Part shown: positions 61,140 through 64,000 of the stretch, piece by piece | How positions within the stretch are numbered: position 1 is the first letter of the stretch | How the letters are laid out: every line of letters starts with the position of its first letter | Program-made: the position numbers and the translations under genes | The notes under the pieces: generated by a model | Told to the model about the DNA's origin: nothing | The model's database searches: none | Seen by the model: only the letters and a program-made list of their open reading frames with translations | Source of the DNA: Vicinamibacterales bacterium | Lineage (GTDB): Bacteria > Acidobacteriota > Vicinamibacteria > Vicinamibacterales > UBA8438 | Direction: 5' to 3' | DNA length: 64,000 bases | NCBI GenBank assembly: GCA_963665465.1 | Contig: OY762226.1 | Location: 5,061,177 to 5,125,176, forward strand

Positions 61140-63818
61140 TCATGGGCACGGACCACGGTGGCTCAGTGGCCGGGATGCCCGATGTGCAGATACCCAGCCG
61201 ACGAGCAGACCGACCACCATGAGCGTGCCGGCGGCGCCGGCGAAGACGATCGGGTCCCGGGGCTGGATGCCGAACAACATCGACTCCGCCATCCGTGATG
61301 CCCACAGGCCGAATACCAGACCGACGACGACACCCGCGACCACGCGTCGCAGCACGCGCGCGACGACGAGTTCGACCAGCCGCCCCCGGGTGCTTCCGAG
61401 TGCGGCGCGCACGGCGAGCTCGGTACGGCGCTGTGCGACCTGGTACGCGGTCACCCCGCCCAATCCCAGAGCCGTAAGCATCAAACCCAGCAGGGCAGCG
61501 AAGGCTGCAAGACGGGCCGTGAGGCGCTCCCGCGCGAGCGCGGCGCTCACCAGGTCCCTGGCCGTGAGAAACGACACACGCACGTCGGGTTCGACGCTCG
61601 CCAGCGTGGCTGCCACGCTACGGCTCAGATGCTCCGGGGCAGCGTTCTCCGAACGCACGGCGATGAAGGCTGCCGCAACGAAGGTCGACTGCAGCGGCTC
61701 CTGTGCCATCGGCACATAGACGATGGGACGAAACGGCCCGCGAATGGACTCGTGCACGGTGTTGCCGACCACGCCGACGACCGCCTTGGGCGCGAAGGAG
61801 AACCTGCCGTCGGGAGTGAACTCGACAGTCATCGCCAGCGCTCGTCCCACCACGCTTTGACCGGGAAGGAACCGTTGCACGAACGCTTCGTTGACGACCA
61901 TGACCGGTTGGGCTCCGGCCGCATCGCGTTCTTCGAAGGCGCGTCCCGCGCGCATCCGCACGCCGTACGCCTCGAACCACGCAGGGGTGATCGAGACCAG
62001 GTGCGTCAGGGTTTCAGGACCCGGCGGCGGCGCAACGCCGGACAACCTGAGGGGGAAGGCCTGATAGGCGTAGAGGATGGGCGCCTGGTCCGAGCCGGCG
62101 GCCGCGGCGACCCCGGGGACCGACGCGACGGCCCGCGCCAATCGATGCCGGACGTCGCTCTGGTCCGCCGGCGATGTCGCCGGCGTCCGCACGGTCGCCA
62201 CGAGGAGACGGTCCTCGTCGAATCCCAGCGGCGCCTGCGCGAGCTGCTGAAACGTCCGTCCGAACAGACCGCCCGCGACCAGCAGCAGCAACGACACTGC
62301 CACCTGTGCTACCAGCATCACGCTGAACGCGCGCACGCGTCCGCCATCGCTGCCGCTGCGCCGATCTGCCTTCAAGGCGTCCATCGGGTCAACGGCCGTT
62401 GCCCGGAGCGCCGGCACCGAGCCCGACACGATGGCCGCGGCTGCGGCGACCACGGTGGTGTACGCCAATACCCGCCAGTCGATCGTGAGGTCGAGCACGA
62501 TCGGCACCGTCGCGCTGCTCGGGAGCTGTGCAACCATCGCGCGTGCCGCCCAACCGGCGAACACAAGGCCGAGGGCGGCGCCGAGCAGGGACAGCAGAGC
62601 GCTCTCGATGAGCAGCGGCCGCACGAGCCGCCAGCGTGATGCACCCAGCGCGGCCTGCAGGCTCAGCGCATGGCGGCGCGCGGCGCCGCGCGCCAGCGAG
62701 ATGTTGGCAATGTTGGTGCAGGCAACGAGCAGAACCAGGGAAACGACCACCAGCAGCGTCACGAGCGGGGACGCGTAGCGTCGGCGCAACTCCGACACGC
62801 CCGCGGCCGCGTTGTCGAGCAGGAACGGCTCGTTCAGGAATCCGGCGGCGGAGGGTCCCGGCGGAAGCGATCTCGATCGGATCCGCGGTTGCGCGGCTTG
62901 CAGGGCGAAGGTGGCCGCGTTCAGCGACTGCCCGGGCCGCAGTCTGAGCATGATTCGGAGCCACGCGGCATGGGCGTCCCGTGGCGTTGTGGGCCGAATG
63001 AGGTCATTGGTCCGGATGGGCAGGAGCAGGTCGAACGCCGACCCCACCCGCACGCCATGGAAGCCGGGGGGCGCAACGCCGACAACGGTGGTTGCCACAC
63101 CCTCGACGGGGAGCGAGCCGCCTATCACGTCGGGCGCCCGGCCGAACCGACGTTGCCAGAGGCCATGGCTGATGATCGCGACCGGTCCCGCCGGGCCTCC
63201 CCCGGCCACGTCGTCGGCCGGCGTGAACGTGCGACCGAGGAATGGCCGCACGCCCAGCGTCTCGAAGAAGTCGCCGCTCACCCATTGGGCGTACGCGGGC
63301 TCTGCCTCCTCCCCGATCGTCAGCTCGGACTCGGCCCACGCCAGGGCGCCATCGACCAGGTGGTCCTGATGTCGAATCTCATCGAACGTCGCGTACGTGA
63401 ACCGCACCTCCGCCGTGTTGCCCGCCGCCAGAGTGACCAGGCGATCGGCATCGGGGACCGGCAGGCTGCGGAGGAGCAGGCCGTTCACCAGCGAGAAGAT
63501 CGCCGTGTTCGCACCAATGCCCAGCGCGAGGGAGAGAACGACGACGGTGGTGACGAGGGGCGCCGCTCGGAGCGCGCGGACGGCGAACCGCAGATCCTGC
63601 CAGGTCTCGTCGAGCCATCGCGTGCCGCGCGCATCGCGACAGATTTCCTTGATCTGCTCGACGCCCCCGAACTCGATGCGCGTGCGCCGGCGCGCCTCCT
63701 GCTCCGACATGCCAGTCCTGACGTAGTCGGTCACCTGCCGCTCGACGTGGTCGCGCAACTCGGCGTGGAGCTCGCACTCCATCCGGTCGTGATTCCGCAC
63801 GCGCCTCCACCAGGTCAT
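61140..63818 (-). CDS. ADOP-family duplicated FtsX/MacB-type ABC permease
   Basis: N-terminal prefix domain MTWWRRVRNHDRMECELHAELRDHVERQVTDYVRTGMSEQEARRRTRIEFGG, then two MacB_PCD plus FtsX halves. The ATG overlaps the PadR stop. Confidence 0.8.
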   Translation of the reverse strand: MTWWRRVRNHDRMECELHAELRDHVERQVTDYVRTGMSEQEARRRTRIEFGGVEQIKEICRDARGTRWLDETWQDLRFAVRALRAAPLVTTVVVLSLALGIGANTAIFSLVNGLLLRSLPVPDADRLVTLAAGNTAEVRFTYATFDEIRHQDHLVDGALAWAESELTIGEEAEPAYAQWVSGDFFETLGVRPFLGRTFTPADDVAGGGPAGPVAIISHGLWQRRFGRAPDVIGGSLPVEGVATTVVGVAPPGFHGVRVGSAFDLLLPIRTNDLIRPTTPRDAHAAWLRIMLRLRPGQSLNAATFALQAAQPRIRSRSLPPGPSAAGFLNEPFLLDNAAAGVSELRRRYASPLVTLLVVVSLVLLVACTNIANISLARGAARRHALSLQAALGASRWRLVRPLLIESALLSLLGAALGLVFAGWAARAMVAQLPSSATVPIVLDLTIDWRVLAYTTVVAAAAAIVSGSVPALRATAVDPMDALKADRRSGSDGGRVRAFSVMLVAQVAVSLLLLVAGGLFGRTFQQLAQAPLGFDEDRLLVATVRTPATSPADQSDVRHRLARAVASVPGVAAAAGSDQAPILYAYQAFPLRLSGVAPPPGPETLTHLVSITPAWFEAYGVRMRAGRAFEERDAAGAQPVMVVNEAFVQRFLPGQSVVGRALAMTVEFTPDGRFSFAPKAVVGVVGNTVHESIRGPFRPIVYVPMAQEPLQSTFVAAAFIAVRSENAAPEHLSRSVAATLASVEPDVRVSFLTARDLVSAALARERLTARLAAFAALLGLMLTALGLGGVTAYQVAQRRTELAVRAALGSTRGRLVELVVARVLRRVVAGVVVGLVFGLWASRMAESMLFGIQPRDPIVFAGAAGTLMVVGLLVGWVSAHRASRPLSHRGPCP

Positions 63819-64000
63819 GGCGCGCTTTCGCCCGAGGTCTGGAGGATCAGACCCACGGCCTGCGTCAGGCGGGACCAGCTCTCGATCTGTGCCTTCAATC
63901 GCGTCCGGCCCTTCGGCGTCAGGCGGTAGAACTTGGCGCCGCGGCCCGTGTCGGATGGCTTCCACTCCGCGACGAGAAGCTTCCGGTTCTCGAGGCGGTG
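63815..64000 (-). CDS. PadR-family transcriptional regulator, 5' end outside window
   Basis: Own reverse translation gives ...HRLENRKLLVAEWKPSDTGRGAKFYRLTPKGRTRLKAQIESWSRLTQAVGLILQTSGESAP*, i.e. the winged-helix wing plus C-terminal helix of PadR. ATGA coupling to the permease. Confidence 0.7.
   Translation of the reverse strand, partial: HRLENRKLLVAEWKPSDTGRGAKFYRLTPKGRTRLKAQIESWSRLTQAVGLILQTSGESAP

Overview
Very GC-rich bacterial chromosomal segment (GC not computed). The gene content points to Acidobacteriota or a similar lineage: a PadR plus ADOP-type duplicated permease pair, a CarboxypepD_reg-type TonB-dependent receptor, and a DUF1592/DUF1552 pair. About 55 protein genes, one RNase P RNA and one IS element can be supported. 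No rRNA, tRNA or CRISPR array was seen. Layout: (1) 1-5.7 kb holds aroK-aroA, an RsbW-like kinase, suhB, an outer-membrane (OM) barrel, and YqaA plus an ArnC-like GT2. (2) 5.7-7.7 kb is an IS1634-like insertion. (3) 7.7-9.9 kb holds a DegT aminotransferase and an AlgJ/AlgX-like O-acetyltransferase. (4) 10.2-23.7 kb is a housekeeping block: ttcA, dtd, OM barrel, dapF, radC, larC, metG, tatD, a polyprenyl synthase, ligA, a sigma-54 response regulator and rnpB. (5) 23.7-30.6 kb holds an amidohydrolase, NfeD, a YbdK-like ligase, an ABC ATPase, a GT9 heptosyltransferase, lpxD and a GT2. (6) 30.6-49.2 kb is a run of exported proteins that are mostly uncharacterised: a Tat PQQ-propeller, a TonB-type receptor, the DUF1592 cytochrome plus DUF1552 pair, a secreted ankyrin protein, two paralogous unknown secreted proteins, a GyrI-like protein, an MBL hydrolase, a cytochrome-c fused to a PHM/DBH-like copper monooxygenase fold, a PKD protein and a D-aminoacylase-like protein. 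(7) 49.2-60.7 kb is one minus-strand porin-urtABCDE-ureD-ureAB-ureC-ureF-ureG supercluster behind a sigma-54 type promoter. (8) 61.1-64 kb holds the ADOP permease and PadR. The most unusual DNA-level signal is a dispersed ~128-bp multi-hairpin repeat family at 7 loci; at five of them the upstream gene's stop codon lies in or at the edge of the element. All protein family calls come from motif recognition by eye. No database search was possible.
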